A DNA stretch of 64,000 nucleotides from Trichoplax adhaerens (taxonomy: Eukaryota; Animalia; Placozoa): positions 6,857,102 through 6,921,101 of the forward strand of contig NW_002060944.1 of NCBI RefSeq assembly GCF_000150275.1, written 5' to 3'. The position numbers were made by a program, and so were the translations under genes. Shown piece after piece: positions 38,965 to 53,300 of this stretch (its first letter is position 1; the number at the start of each line of letters is the position of its first letter). The notes under the pieces were generated by a model. It was given only the letters and a program-made list of their open reading frames with translations. It ran no database searches and had not been told where the DNA came from.

Positions 38965-40572
38965 ATGTCCGGAGGCTTAGACATTTTACGATTAACTGCT
39001 GACGATGTTTCAAAGATGTTAGCTGCTTCTGCTCATTTGGGCACCACAAATGTTGACTATCAAATGGAGCAGTATGTATTTAGGCGAAGAACTGATGGTA
39101 AATATGAAGTGAATCTACTAATATCCAACATTTGATCTTGATTACTGTATACGTATTGTGTACTACACAATTCGATCTCATTGCTAACCGATAATTACAA
39201 TTAATAGTTCATAACTCCTTTTTTACTATTACCAAGGTGTCCACATTATTGATTTACGCCAAACTTGGGAAAAGTTATTGATAGCTGCTCGTATTATTGC
39301 ATCAATCGAAAACCCAGCTGATGTTTGCGTTTTATCTGCTCGCCCCTATGGCCAGGTGATTTAAACGTAGTTATTAACAAAATAAAGCGATACAATTCAG
39401 TATCATACGAATAGTTCTGAAGATATAAATTCAACAAAGTTTTTTATTCCTTATAAACTGACAATATTCACGCTTGTATTTATTCAGAGGGCTGTTTTGA
39501 AATTTGCCAAATTCACCGGTGCCTCACCCATTGCTGGTCGTTTTACACCTGGTACCTTTACCAATCAAATCCAAAAGGCTTACCGTGAGCCACGTTTACT
39601 AATTGTCACCGATCCTCGTGTTGATCATCAGGTAAATATTAACAAATTAGTTGCCGCTTTTTGGAAACGATTCTTTCTAAGCGACTGTACCATACTTATT
39701 TCATACAGCCCATAACCGAGGCTTCCTATGTCAACATTCCTGTCATCGCTTTTTGCAACACTGACTCTCGACTACGATATATCGATGTTGGTATTCCTTG
39801 TAATAATAAGGTATAAAGAGCGCAAGTTAAAATCCACAGTAGTGCACAGTTTGCTGAAAAGATTTGAATGCACTCTTCGTTGCGTAGACTGTGTATCTTG
39901 ATTTGTTTGCCTAAGCTTACTATGAAATTCTATTCTAACGTTAGGGTGCTCATGCTATCGGATTAATGTGGTGGTTATTAGCTAGAGAGGTATTACGTTT
40001 ACGCGGTACTATCTCACGTGATACTGATTGGGAGCATATGCCTGATCTGTTCTTTTACAGGGATCCTGAAGAAGTACGTAAAAATTTGTAATATAGCTTT
40101 ATGATTTAATGAAATGATACATGATTCGGCATGTAGAGTTAACATTAAATCACATTTGTGGACTATCTGCAGGTTGAAAAGGAAGAACAAGCTCAAAATA
40201 ATAAGGTTGAGGAGGCTGCTACTACAGGCACTGATTGGGCAGCTTCAGCTGCTACCACCGATGCTGCTCCTACTACTCAAGATGTAAGTTAAAACTTTTT
40301 GGTTGGGTAATTATTTAATCAGGATCAGTTATACGCTCGTATTGTAACTGCAATATTGATATTCTCTTTAGTGGGCTGCGCCTGAACAATCACCTGCACT
40401 ATCTGCAGCAGTACCTAGCAGTGCAGCACCTGTTGAAGAATGGTCCTCTAGTCCTTCTAAAGAGACCACTGAATGGGGCGCAAGCAATACTGCCGCTGCT
40501 GCCAAAAGTAGTTGGAGCAATGAAACCGGTGGCGAGTGGGGTGCTCAAGAAGGAGGCGAATGGGGATCGTAA
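38965..40572 (+). CDS. RPSA: 40S ribosomal protein SA (uS2 / laminin receptor), multi-exon
   Basis: [76 protein letters not shown] and a Trp-repeat acidic tail. Confidence 0.98.
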
Positions 40573-41308
40573 CCTCGTTGTAGTTTAGCGATGTAATTAA
40601 CACGGATAATAAAAGCTTCTTATAAAATGGTCTGATGCCGGCGTTATCAATAAAAAATTGCTTCTGATTCGATAATGAAGCTTAATACCATACTATTTGT
40701 TTGTTTTATGCAATCACTAAATGCATCCACATTCCTTGGTGTTGCTAGTAGATATCTGCTCTGTTCAGGGTTATTTCGATAGTAACCGAACCTACGATAG
40801 TGTGTATAATACTATTGGTATACGAGTATAGAATCCGGAAGCGCTGTTTATTTCATTGGTTACCGTTAATATCTGTTGAGATAGCCGTAATTTAAAGTTA
40901 CAACGTACGTAAGATAAAAAGGCAAGAGTAGATTGCAAGCATGTAATATGTATGTCTAGTAAATAAATTAATTAATTATCCATTGTCGTCCCTCCACAAG
41001 TGCTCAATCCTCGTGGAATACACAGAAGTATTTTCAGTATGCAATCTTACTAACATACTGTAGCATATCCAGTTATAAAACTTCAACAGCATCTAGTTTT
41101 TATTGATCTCTTGATTCATTACGTTAAGTAGTTACAATGGGTTAATGAAACTGAATCGAAGAGCAAATAAATGGCTTTCCTAGTAATATGAAAACAAAGT
41201 ATTTTTAGAAGGCTAAAATACTATACGGTATTACACTTCACTGTAGCAAATTAATGGTGTAGAGTACAAGTAGATTGATATAGTACCGATAAACAGTGAT
41301 TTAACAAT

Positions 41309-42874
41309 TTACTTTGAATCTGCTGCTGAATGCGTATTATTACGTTTTCTGCCCGAAGGTAGAACAGGCCGTATTAATAGTTTACAGATAAAATCGGTTA
41401 ACAGTGACGGTAAATGAGTGAGAGTTGAAAGAACGAATGCATCTAAACCTATGTAATAATCAGCTTTTGGTCGCTTTGATAGTATAGCGTCTTCAATAGC
41501 GTTAATGACCAAGTACAGTTTTGATGAGCCGAAGTCATGTAATGTTGTTGAGGTTGTAGGTACTAAAATAAGGAAGATAGCAATAGTTTGTCAATTTGTT
41601 AATTTTATCGATTTTATGACATGTAGTACTGTATTCAGTTCGTTCATAATAATAAAAATACTAGTTTATGCATAATCGCATGTAATAATATAATTCAGCG
41701 ATATATGGGGATATTAGATATGTACAGTTATATACTTTTTCACTGCATTCAGGATGTTTATTGATGCCGATCAAAGAATAGCATATACATTATGAAATGC
41801 ATATGAGGATGTCAATAATATGCAATATTGTGCATCATACCAACATAAGCGTTAATTGTGAGTGACAGTGGGGAATTTAGAATCAATTTACAGATTTAAA
41901 GTAAGTTAAGGTACGTAATACATTTGAATTTTGCATTGATAAATGGACTATTTGCCTATTTTAGTCAATAATACTAAGACTTGAGAATAAACAAGACAGT
42001 AGAATCTCATGTTATTAAATTGAAATGGCTGAGTCTGAATAAGCAGCCTCCATGATCATCATAGTAATCATTTATCAATATCAGTAGGGAAGGTACCTGC
42101 AGAAATAAATTCTTCGTCATAATTTTCCAAGGTTTCAGGGGGTAGATTTTCATACATTTTTTGAACATTCTGTAAAAGTGGTTGAGGTGAAACTAACGAG
42201 GATCGGAAGACACCTGGTTTAATACTGCTGACTTGAACGTTAAATGGTGCCATTTCTCGACGTAGTACACCAGTAAAGCCTTCTGCAGCAAATTTGGAGA
42301 TGGTATAAGCGCCCATGTATTCATATGGTAAGACACCAGATAAACTAACCACATTTACAAATCGACCCTGTTCACGAATGACCATAGGTATAAAACGCTT
42401 CGTAACTGCTACCATTCCCCATAGATTGACATCAGCGACCTTTTTATATTCTTCCATTGGCATCCAATCAATTAATCCAGTTCGTAGTATACCTGCATTA
42501 TTGACTACTGCCCATATACCTCTATCCTCTGGTAGCGCAGCCTTAATCATGCTGTAAGCATTTTCAATGTCTTGTTGCTGTGTAACATCCATCATGAATG
42601 TTTTGACCCGCGATGAAGTCGATTGAGCTAGCTGGGTAACTCCTTGCTGGGTTAAGCACGCAGCAAATACATGACATCCAATCAAATCTAAACGCTTAGC
42701 TAATAAATTGCCAAATCCTGAATCGCAACCAGTTATTAAAATGTAACGATTGTTGTTTTGACCCATTCGATCAGGATACGCTATCCATATTGCGATAAGC
42801 CATATCGTGATAGCGGCTAATATTAGATGTATGCAGGAGCAATGTTGAGTTACAGCGGCGATCCATCGATCCAT
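41309..42874 (-). CDS. Short-chain dehydrogenase/reductase, retinol dehydrogenase / 17-beta-HSD6 (SDR9C)-like, 2 exons
   Basis: N-terminal membrane anchor, ITGCDSGFG cofactor motif, VNNAG, catalytic YTISK, and C-terminal VINAIEDAILSKRPKADYYIGLDA. Confidence 0.92.
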
Positions 42875-44340
42875 GACGTCTTCTTCCTCACTTATAATGA
42901 TTGTCTTGACAATACAAATATCTTGTAACTTCTGACTTGCTACTTATAATTATCGATCGGTTCACATCAGTAGTAGAAACTCTACCGACAGTGAGAACTT
43001 GATTTGCACAAACCGTTTAATCAATGATTGCACTGTTATCAATTTATACCTGCTACACTGCAGAGTGCTGCAAATGGAAGATTTTTGAAACCCTTGCAGC
43101 TCGTGAAACGATGTACGATGGATGGTACGATGCTGATTGTTTTCGACACTTGTTTACAGAGTAGACTAGTCGTATTTCAGTCTAAAATTGAAGCAGGTAT
43201 GACGGAGTCAGTGGGCAGTGGAGCAAGTTTATTGCTGTTTGCTAATCAATTTTATTGGAGACACACGACAAAGTAAAACATGGAGCAAGAGACTATTTTA
43301 TAGACTGCGAAGGAAAAATTTCAAAATACGCTTGTTAAAAGTAGTGCGCGTGCCTTTTCGACCCTAGCTCGGTACTTTCTATACTGTACAGTATTGGTGG
43401 ATGACCGAATGAGTGCAATTACTATATGCGGTCTTCGGGGCACTAGAAAAAGAATGATGGATTTTTTTTCTAGTAATCGTTGTCTCATATACCAATACTG
43501 TAATGTAGCATGCAGGATTGATATTTAATTTTACAACGACATGTTCATATTCTTCAGATATCCTGAGTGAACAACACTACTTCTTATACAGTATGGGCAA
43601 TGAATGTACATGGACATTGGACAGCCTACATGTACTGTGCTGAGCCTAAGCAGTAAACAGCCTGAATGGTTGTGTAGTTGTCATTAAAGGCTGACTTTCG
43701 AGTTACTGTTCATAAATAGAAATAGACTCTTCTTGCTTGCCTCGATTATATTATCATAGCCATTTCGTCACTTGTTCTATGATTTGGCAAAATCTGCCTT
43801 CTCCTTCGTTCTACTGTCCCCTGTACTTACTTTTACTTTATAGTACAGCACTATAAATACACTCTCGGCGAAAGCCGAGTCTCTATACTACAGTACATTC
43901 AGTACTAGTCATTATGGGTGTGACAAGAAGAACAACGCCTATACTCATTAAAATAGAATAGCGTATTCTTCCATTGCTTGGATATTATTGACAAGTCGTC
44001 CAGTTATTATTCAATTCACTTAGCGTTATTCCTCTGTGCTCTTATTCTAACCAGAAACGATTCAATCGTTGATATTGGACTAACTAGCAATCAAGCCGAT
44101 AGGAGTGACCAAGACGATTGCTAATTTTATTGCTTGTAAACTGGATTGGATAAATTTAGAAATAAATTAATACGCGTATAATTTGACCAGATCGAGCGCT
44201 AACTACTTCTCACGTCATTCAATTTAGTAGAAGCGTTTTCAATCTCTCTCTCTCTCTCGCAAGTTTGGAGATCAGTCGTAGCCTAACCGCAACAATTATA
44301 GGAAAAAGATTATCGCTCCTCGATTGATTCGATAGCCATC

Positions 44341-47300
44341 ATGATTTCACGCTTGCTGAGTAATATTCGCCGTCCTAGCCAAGATTTAACCCAACGTGAA
44401 GCTCTGCCTGGGTCCAAATTTACCAGTTTGGGTGATACATCAGTCCATACCGGATTAAGCAGTTCTATGCAAATATTACATGCTATTAATCAAGTAAGTT
44501 GATGAGAGCGCAATAATAGAATTAGAAAAGCGAGAGAAAAAATCACAAGATGGATCCATGTTAGTCATCAATGTCTTAAAATTGCTTTTATCATACTGTA
44601 GATACTGTACAAGACCACAATCTAAATTCTATTCATCTTAAGCTGATAATCAACTTAAATTCATCGTAATAATTCGATAAAAATAAAAAAAGGAAAAAAT
44701 TGTCTTAAAGTTGCTTTCATACTGTATGTATGCGGAAGACCACTATCTAAATCCGATTAACTTGAAGCCATCCTATACAAAGTGTGTCTATGTACCATTA
44801 ATTAACTAAGTTCATTATGATAATTAGATAATAATTATTAGAGAGGGAGAAAAAAATGGAATATTTTATCGATCATGGTTAATTCATACCATGAAATAGG
44901 CTTAGAAATGAAGTAATCATGGTAAACATCTTGAAATTGCTTTTCCAATACCAGATGCCTATCTCCCATAAATTTGAAGCACTTCTGTACAAATAAGCAT
45001 TATACTTTACAAATCAACAATCATAATGGAGAAGAAAGGGCAAAGCATATCAACAGATTGTGTTAGTGCTATGGTCAAAATCTAAAAATCTGACCTACTA
45101 AATTTGTAGACAGAGTATAAGATAAGGCTATGATCGTTGACGTATGATAAATAATCGTTTTAAAATTATCGTGATACATACTATACGTCTAAAAGCCTAA
45201 TTCAATTCGAATTTTAAATGATAAAGGTGAAGGAAACAAGTTTTACTTGAGCTTATAATAAACATTGATCTGATAGACAATCAACAAATGACAAAATTGT
45301 TATCCAGTGAATAACTAATCTCATCTTTCAATCTCGTTCTTTAGGTTATCCGCGACGGCGATATGAATCAATTTAATGAATTATTGCTTTCTGTTGGAGT
45401 CAATCTCGATATCTTAAATCGTTGTGATCATCATGGTTATTCACCTTTACATTATGCTGCTTACGCCAATAAAGTAGAAATAGCTAAAAAGTTACTTTCC
45501 AAGAAAGCAAGTAAGTTGCCCGACTAAATCGATCAGCAAGTCTTAAATTATATACACGCGTATTTATTATTCCTGCAAGTTACATATACGTAATATTGTT
45601 GATAAAAACTTCATATCGAATCAATTTATAATGAGGAGAGAACTTTTTTAACAATAAATTTGATTTAATCAAGGACTTGCTAATAGTAATACTGTAGTAC
45701 ACGTAGAATCCAATATGAATGAAATTAAATGACGTTAAAATTGTAGAAAGACGTTAATCAGTACTTATTTATGATTATGGAAATGGCTTAAATTAACCGA
45801 TATAATAACTTTCAAATTTTAACTGCCGATATCTATCGTATAATTCGCTATGAATTAAGTTATGCTATACAACTCGCATTGATTCTGCTAGTAGATTAAT
45901 CATATTGCCTATCAATCGAGATAAACGGCCTCGCTTATACCCTCTGTAATCCTAACTCCTTCATCTAATACTAGAATATCACTACAAATCATAGAGAGAT
46001 GAAATGGATTTTTTTATACTGTCTTAACTCTATGTTAATTTTTTTATTTCGCTATCAGATATTAATAAGGAAGGAATTGACAAATTGACGCCTTTGCATA
46101 TAGCGGCTAAATACAACGCTGTCGAGTAAGTCAAATTAATATCCGATTATTCATGGATTCGAAGTTATGCTTTAACAATCAATTATTGTATCGCAAAATT
46201 ATATCTAAATATTCGTTTGACTTATGCCTTACCTTAAAGTTAAGTAATAACACGATGTAGTAGTTGGATTCGAAATTTTGGAATACTATTTATCTTTAAA
46301 TTCTTTCCATAGAGCCGGCGTACAATATTAATGTAGTTTATCAGTTGTAACTACCCAAATCGACGTAGTTTGTAAAGTAAATTTGTTATAAACCTTGCTG
46401 TCTATAGTGATTTACAAATTAGCGGCTTCTAATAAATACTCTGAAAGGATTTTTAAATTATTATTAATCTAATAATAATCATTTCTAATGTGAAAACATT
46501 CAAAACGTAGCTGATACTGCTACACAATCTCTACATTTATACAAACTTCAATCAATCGATAACATGGATTACATTATCGCTTTGTTACTTTTAAAGATGA
46601 CTTTGACAGTTTAAGATTTAGTCCTATCACATCGCGTGTCTTCCTGTTGTCATAGCTAGCTGACATCACACAGTAAAATGGTACGATGTATGCCATTGCA
46701 ATTGATTCTAATGTAATTTTGAATAAATGTTACATAGGGTTATACCGGTGCTTTTGGAGAAGAAAGCCCATATTAATGCTAAATCAAAAAATGAACTTAC
46801 CCCATTACATTTAGCAGCACGTAAAGGCCATCAAGAGTCTGTCAAAGTGCGTATAAAATGTAAAAGACTATCTTCATCTTTCATTTTATCAATTTTCACA
46901 ATTCTATCATATCATTTTTAGTTGTTACTTGAAGCAAAAGGCATTGATGTTTCAGCTGCTGGTGAAGATGGCATTACTCCGTTACATTTAGCAATGATTG
47001 GCGGTAATATTGAAGTATCTCGATTGCTGGTTAGTTTCCAATACGCATACAAAGATATAATTCACCTGTTTAATTTACTTAATGTATAATCACGCGACAT
47101 TTATAGTCTTACAGCAGTAAACTATTTAACGTTGGCTGTACGGTTAATATGCGACATAAGTAGTAGTTAAAGATTTACGTTTTTATTACGATTCACTAGC
47201 GATCTTTCTAACCTTGAAATTATAATATCACTTCCAGCTATCTTCGAATAATACGGGTCTACTGTCGATGGCAGCCGATGGTCGTACACCAATACATTTT

Positions 47301-50300
47301 GCAGCATCTGCCGGCAATCATGATATTATAACATTTTTAATCAGTTATGGTAAGGAAATGGGCTTTTTGTACGTTAGAATGACTTTTATTATCCTAAAAG
47401 ATATTTACCATAGTATACCCATTAAATATTAGATTAAATCTTATATTTAAATCCTACTTTCTTATTCTGTCACAGTGCCCACTTGCGGTTTTAGCCCTGG
47501 GGACATTATTGATAAATCAGATGGTGTTGGTAATACTGCTCTCCATTTAGCTGTTCAATACGGCCATAAGAAGGTAACTAAAAGCCATACATTTCAAATA
47601 TTACCTGAATAAATTGCTCAAGCCCTCATTGGATAAAATATACATATATCTGATATTTATTTATCTTAATCAGGCGGTCGAAGTTTGCCTTAATAATAAT
47701 GCAAAAATTAACGAGCAGACGGTTAGTTACATTGAAATAATCATTTTATTCAAGGATCCAAACTCTGTATGAGACATTTAGTGTTGATATTAATTAATTC
47801 TGAAAGATGCGATTCTCGAGTTTTTTTAATTTAAATTTGATTGATACAGGTTTAGTAGATTAAGCAACATTAAATTGTGTATTAGACAGAGGTTGATGAT
47901 GAGATAGCTTGAGCCTTGTACGTACTATTTGTTCTCAGTATTTTTAAGGCCTAGACTGATAGCTTACCCGGTAATAAAGTACTAAGCAGTATTCTCGGAC
48001 ATTAAGCGTTTATCCCTTTGCAAAATTTGAATGGGCGAGGACTACTGATTACATTAAATTGCCAACCTAACGTAGTAGCAGTCAGGGTATTACAGCAAGA
48101 TATATACCAAAAATAATTCAATGCAGTATACTGTAAATTTATTATCGTTGCAGGGCAGTTTATGAATGTTGTTGTAAATGTCCAACAGATACGTTATAGT
48201 ACTGACTACATTAGAATTTGATCATTGTTCATATAGTTTTATTATTATATGAAGTAATTTATAGCGTAAAATCATAGATAATTGTTCTAGTAATTCAGCT
48301 TCAAGATAAAGAATATTTCATTTTTTAAATATTTAGTTCAACTTAACGACACCCTTACATTTGGCTGCTCAAAATGGACATGATGAAATTATTGTTAGCT
48401 TGCTTAACGCTGGCTCACGAGTTAATATTGAAGATGCTGATGGATTAACTCCACTTAATAGGTATTATTTAGGACTGATTGTTGTCTCCTGTTGATACAG
48501 TTATGCATTTTAGCCACTACCATAAAACTAAACTAAGCTGTTTTCGTTTCTGACCTATAGAGCGGCATTATTTGGACGTCCGGAAGCTGTATCTGTATTA
48601 ATCAATAAAGTTAGTAATAAAGATAAAATCCATGTAATGATTACGAAATGCTGATAATGTTGACTATGTCTACATCTGATTGAATTATTATTTCCTCCCC
48701 TTAGTAACATTGATTCATGAGAGTAATCGTGTACTACGTTTATTGGACCGTTTATTAAATAGTCAATTAATTATTATGAAGAAAAAGACTTGTTGAGAGC
48801 AAATTGCATTATATTTTCCCTTCATTTTTCAAGTTATGTTATTTTTATCAAACATTTCGTAAGATAAATATTAGAATTTCATTTTTTAATGAATGTTACT
48901 TTTAAGCTATAGCATTTAATAATAGATAATTTTGGAAGCATTAAGCGATCGTAAAACTTGACCATCAAATATATTTTGAATACAGTATAGACAATTTTTA
49001 GAATAGAACATCTAAATGTATCACAGTAAGTCCGTCATCAGTAAAAATTTGTATGGTAATTTGATGTCACTTCCCTGTTATATATATCCCTACGTCTATG
49101 ATAGATTTTAACTTATTTGTTATTATTTATACACGATTAAATTTATTTTATTACGCTATTATAGTTACTAATATAGACTTATTATTTAGGGGGCTGTTAT
49201 AGATTCCGCCGATGAAGAAGGATTCACGCCATTAATCAATGCTTGTAGAAAAGGCCATCAAGAGGTTGTCGATATACTATTAAACAATAAAGTTGACACT
49301 CAAATTTCTGATGGATCGGAAAGAACTTGCTTACATTGGGCTGTATTATCTGGAAATATTGAGATTATCAGATTGCTCATTAATGTAAGTGAATACGACA
49401 AAAAACGTATAGATCATGAATTGCACCGCTAGTATTTATAGCGTAATTAGTGCTTTACACAATCATGGAAACATGCAGCTAAGATATCATTATTATTTTT
49501 TTCCTATTTTTTTAGTGTAGTAGTAAAGAACTGATTGGTAAAGCAGATAGAAATGGCTCCACACCATTTCATTATTCAGCAGAGGGAGGTTATTACGAGG
49601 TTAGTTCTTAAAAACTTTTGCATAGATATCGTATAGTACGTAAGCAGCTTTCTGAGACTTTGCTATTTTTCATTTAATAAATAAGTTCATCAATTAGATT
49701 ATCAGTAATAAGTAATAAAAAGTCTATAAAGTATCTTCTTATACATTTATCGCTGTAAGCACCACCTCGAGTATAATTAAATACGAGTATTATTTTTTTA
49801 TGTATGTAGATTTTAGACTTCTTTCTACAGAATAAAGCTAATCCTACAAAAGAAGATGATGAAGAACATACCCCTCTGCATTTAGCTGCAATGTAAGTTT
49901 TTATAGATTCTCATTGATTTTTATTAATCTTGGTAGAACAAAGAATATTTTAAAATTCTATTATTCATATCAACATATACTAAAAGCTTACTTCTAATAA
50001 ATGCAGTAGTTGTTACTAATTAAATTAGAATATATTATCTATTTACTTGTAAGTGACTAATTGGTACCGTATTCATATTCTCATGAGTTAAATTTATAGA
50101 ATAAGGTATTATAAATATTTCCTTTAAGCATTAGAAATGCTATATAGATGCTCGTTACAAGCATTCAGATCAGAGAAAAGAGTTTACATCAAAATACTAC
50201 AGTATTATTGTCATCGAACTTTTTCTCAAGTTTTGATTCACGTATTGATTACTACTGTTAATGATATTTTTGCAAAACTTAGGAATGGACATACTAGCTG

Positions 50301-53300
50301 CGTATCAATCTTATTAGCTGCTGATTCCTCTATAATTAATGATGCTAATATTAAAGGACAAACACCGGTCCATCTTGCATGCAAGCGTGGCCACATTGCG
50401 TGTGTTAAGGTGTTATTGCAGTATGGAGCAAATCTATCCCGGACGTAAGTTAAGAGTAAATAATAATAACCAACCAAAGAAAATAGTGATACTATACTGT
50501 ATAGGTAATACCATTTCGAAGCAGTGATAATAAAATCAGTTTATAGATTTATTTTAGATTTACTATCTTTGCGAAACATCCTATAATTATGTTTTACCAA
50601 TGTACTTGAACTACTATTCAAAAGGGATGATTATCGACTATCGCCGTTAGAGTATACTGCTATCTACGGTCATCCCGAAACTATGAAGATTTTACTCGAA
50701 AGTAAAGCATCCATCAACACAACTGATCGTAGTAAGGTTAGTTGAGTTTACAGAGATAGATAATATCTTAGCCTTTATATCTCAACCTAAGTATGATTTC
50801 TCACGGACATCTCTGTAGAATACTCCTCTGCATTTAGCGGCCAAATATGGGAATACTAAAATCATCCGATTACTTCTTGACAATGGTGCTGATATAACTG
50901 CCCTTAATGATCGGAGTCAAACATGCTTAGATGTAGCAATAGAAAACAAGAGAAAAGAGGCTGCAGTATCATTCGTAAAGCATAGAAGGTTAATATGGAG
51001 CCATTATTTGCTTTAAATATCCAAATTAATTCTTTTTCCTATCTCACAGTTAAACCAATTTCCTATGTTCTTATAATTCATGACTTTATACGTACTAGAG
51101 AATACGCGCGTAATTATCTATCAAATATTATAGTATTTTCTTTCAGTAGCAGTGATTAATAACGTATTTAAAAGCACTACTAGTCACTGTTTTATTCTTG
51201 ACTGATTTTGTGATATGTTAAATCCTATCAGAAATGCCCTCGATTTAAGCCATAAGACTAACTGTATCAAAAAACTGAAGTATAGTATTGCTCCTTATTA
51301 GCAACTAAAACTTTAATTTACTGTCAAGACTAAAGTGCTGATTGTAATATATGACACAGTTTTCGATTGCGGATTGGATTGTAGTTCAGTTACAGTCGTA
51401 TCATGGACCATTATACCCATTTAAACTAAATGTTACAAAGCGTTTATTTTGCATTTAGCTTCCGTATATAGTGAACTAAATATGTTTAATTATATTAAAT
51501 ATATTATATCATTTCCCCTCATATTATTAAGATGGCATGAAATACTTGAAGATTATGGCGGTAACAAAGAGCCTCCAATGAAGAAATTAATCGAAGTCTT
51601 ACCGGAAGCGGCTAAGGTCTATTTTGTGTTATTGATGTGTATTCGTATTTTAATGTATTTATGACAGTAGCTCAAGTATCGGATCTATCTTACATTTTTT
51701 TTAGCTTAGTTCTAATTGTGTTATCGACGAATTTTCACAGTAGTTTGCAGTAGTAACAAAAGTAAATAATAATTTATTCGAAATAGGTTGTTTTAGATCG
51801 ATCGATTGAATCATCTCCATTACCAGAAAAACATCCCAATTATACAGTAAGGCATACTATACATAATCTTATTTTTACTAAAACTTAAAAATTATTTAAT
51901 TGCAAAAAGATGAGCCGAAGGACATCAAATTATGTTGAAACCGACAACAGTATTTTTTTAAGTGAAGCCATTTAATCATCACTGTTTTGTTACAGATTAC
52001 CTACAATTATCAGTATATAGACACTGATCCAGCCGATCCACGCAGGAAAGGGCAACATTATTCAGCAATGAAAGTAAATATAAAGTAGCTATTAACAGTG
52101 ATTGCTTGTGCTAAAATATTTACTATAATGTTACTCATTTTTGCCATAGAAACTGTGATTGATAAATGTGATTAATGTCTTACTACATCTAGGAAATGGT
52201 TGATAACGATCGTGAAGATCTTCTTAATCACCCATTATGTCAATCTTTGTTAAGTTTAAAGTGGTAAATAATAGTAAATAGGTCCATGACTGCTTCTCGA
52301 GAGCGGTCGACATGCATGATATTTGTGAAGTAATGAAATGAAAGTATACTAGATATCTGTATATTCTTTATCACTAACCCCTGCTTTTCAAATTTTGATG
52401 ATAGGAACTTATATGGACGATGGTTTTTCATGCTTAATCTATTATCCTACGTCTTCTTTTTGACATTATTGACTACATTTGCTTCTGCAACTGCCACTAA
52501 GTCTTACAATTTAACATTTTATTGTCGTGACTGCTGTAATAGAAGTTATCAACCAAACTTAACTGCGGAATTTTATAACCTAACTCAGGTAAATTTTTAC
52601 GAATAAATCGTTAATTTTGCCAATAATATTCAATAGCGTCTTAAAACGAGTTGATAATACTCTTATTATATAATTCTCAGCTCATACTTAAATTGAACCT
52701 ATGTTGTTATTATATTTCTCACCCTACTTTATTAGCTACACAGCTGAATTCCGTTTATGTATTTATTTTATGCCATTAATACAGCTGTCACAACCGATGT
52801 GGTTTATTAAGTATATTACATTTGGTTTCGGATGTTTCGGGTTACTGAAAGAAATTGTTCAGTTGGTACAACAGGTAATAATAATTAAGTAATTGTTAGA
52901 AAATTCATTTCATTCATCTTTATAACAATACTTAAAAAGGGAGACAGTATTTAATTTACTCACTGTATACACTATCATAGACTACTAGATATATCAGGTA
53001 CATCTAGTAGCCCATGATACTATACAGTTATTCTGCGGTTTGTAGCAAACTCTGTATAGGTGTTATAAAAATTTTCTAGCACAGGAAATTCGCTTAACTA
53101 AGCTATCTGAATCTAATCGATCAGTTTTATGTCGTAGAATAATGAGTTTTGATCAAATCCCAATTACTATACGCTAAGAATAATTATATATAATTGCTGT
53201 TACTATTTATTAAGATCATATTAAAGAAATTAGCTAAATTTCCTTAATCATTCCATTAAAATAATTAATCAAGAAATAAATAAGTAATAAATTCACCAAT

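Noticed and set aside
38093-40371. Intronic snoRNAs in RPSA (vertebrate RPSA hosts H/ACA snoRNAs)
   Set aside because: Isolated TGATGA/CTGA words exist, but I found no convincing C/D pair with a terminal stem and no H/ACA double hairpin. Most introns are too short. A snoRNA/Infernal scan would be needed.
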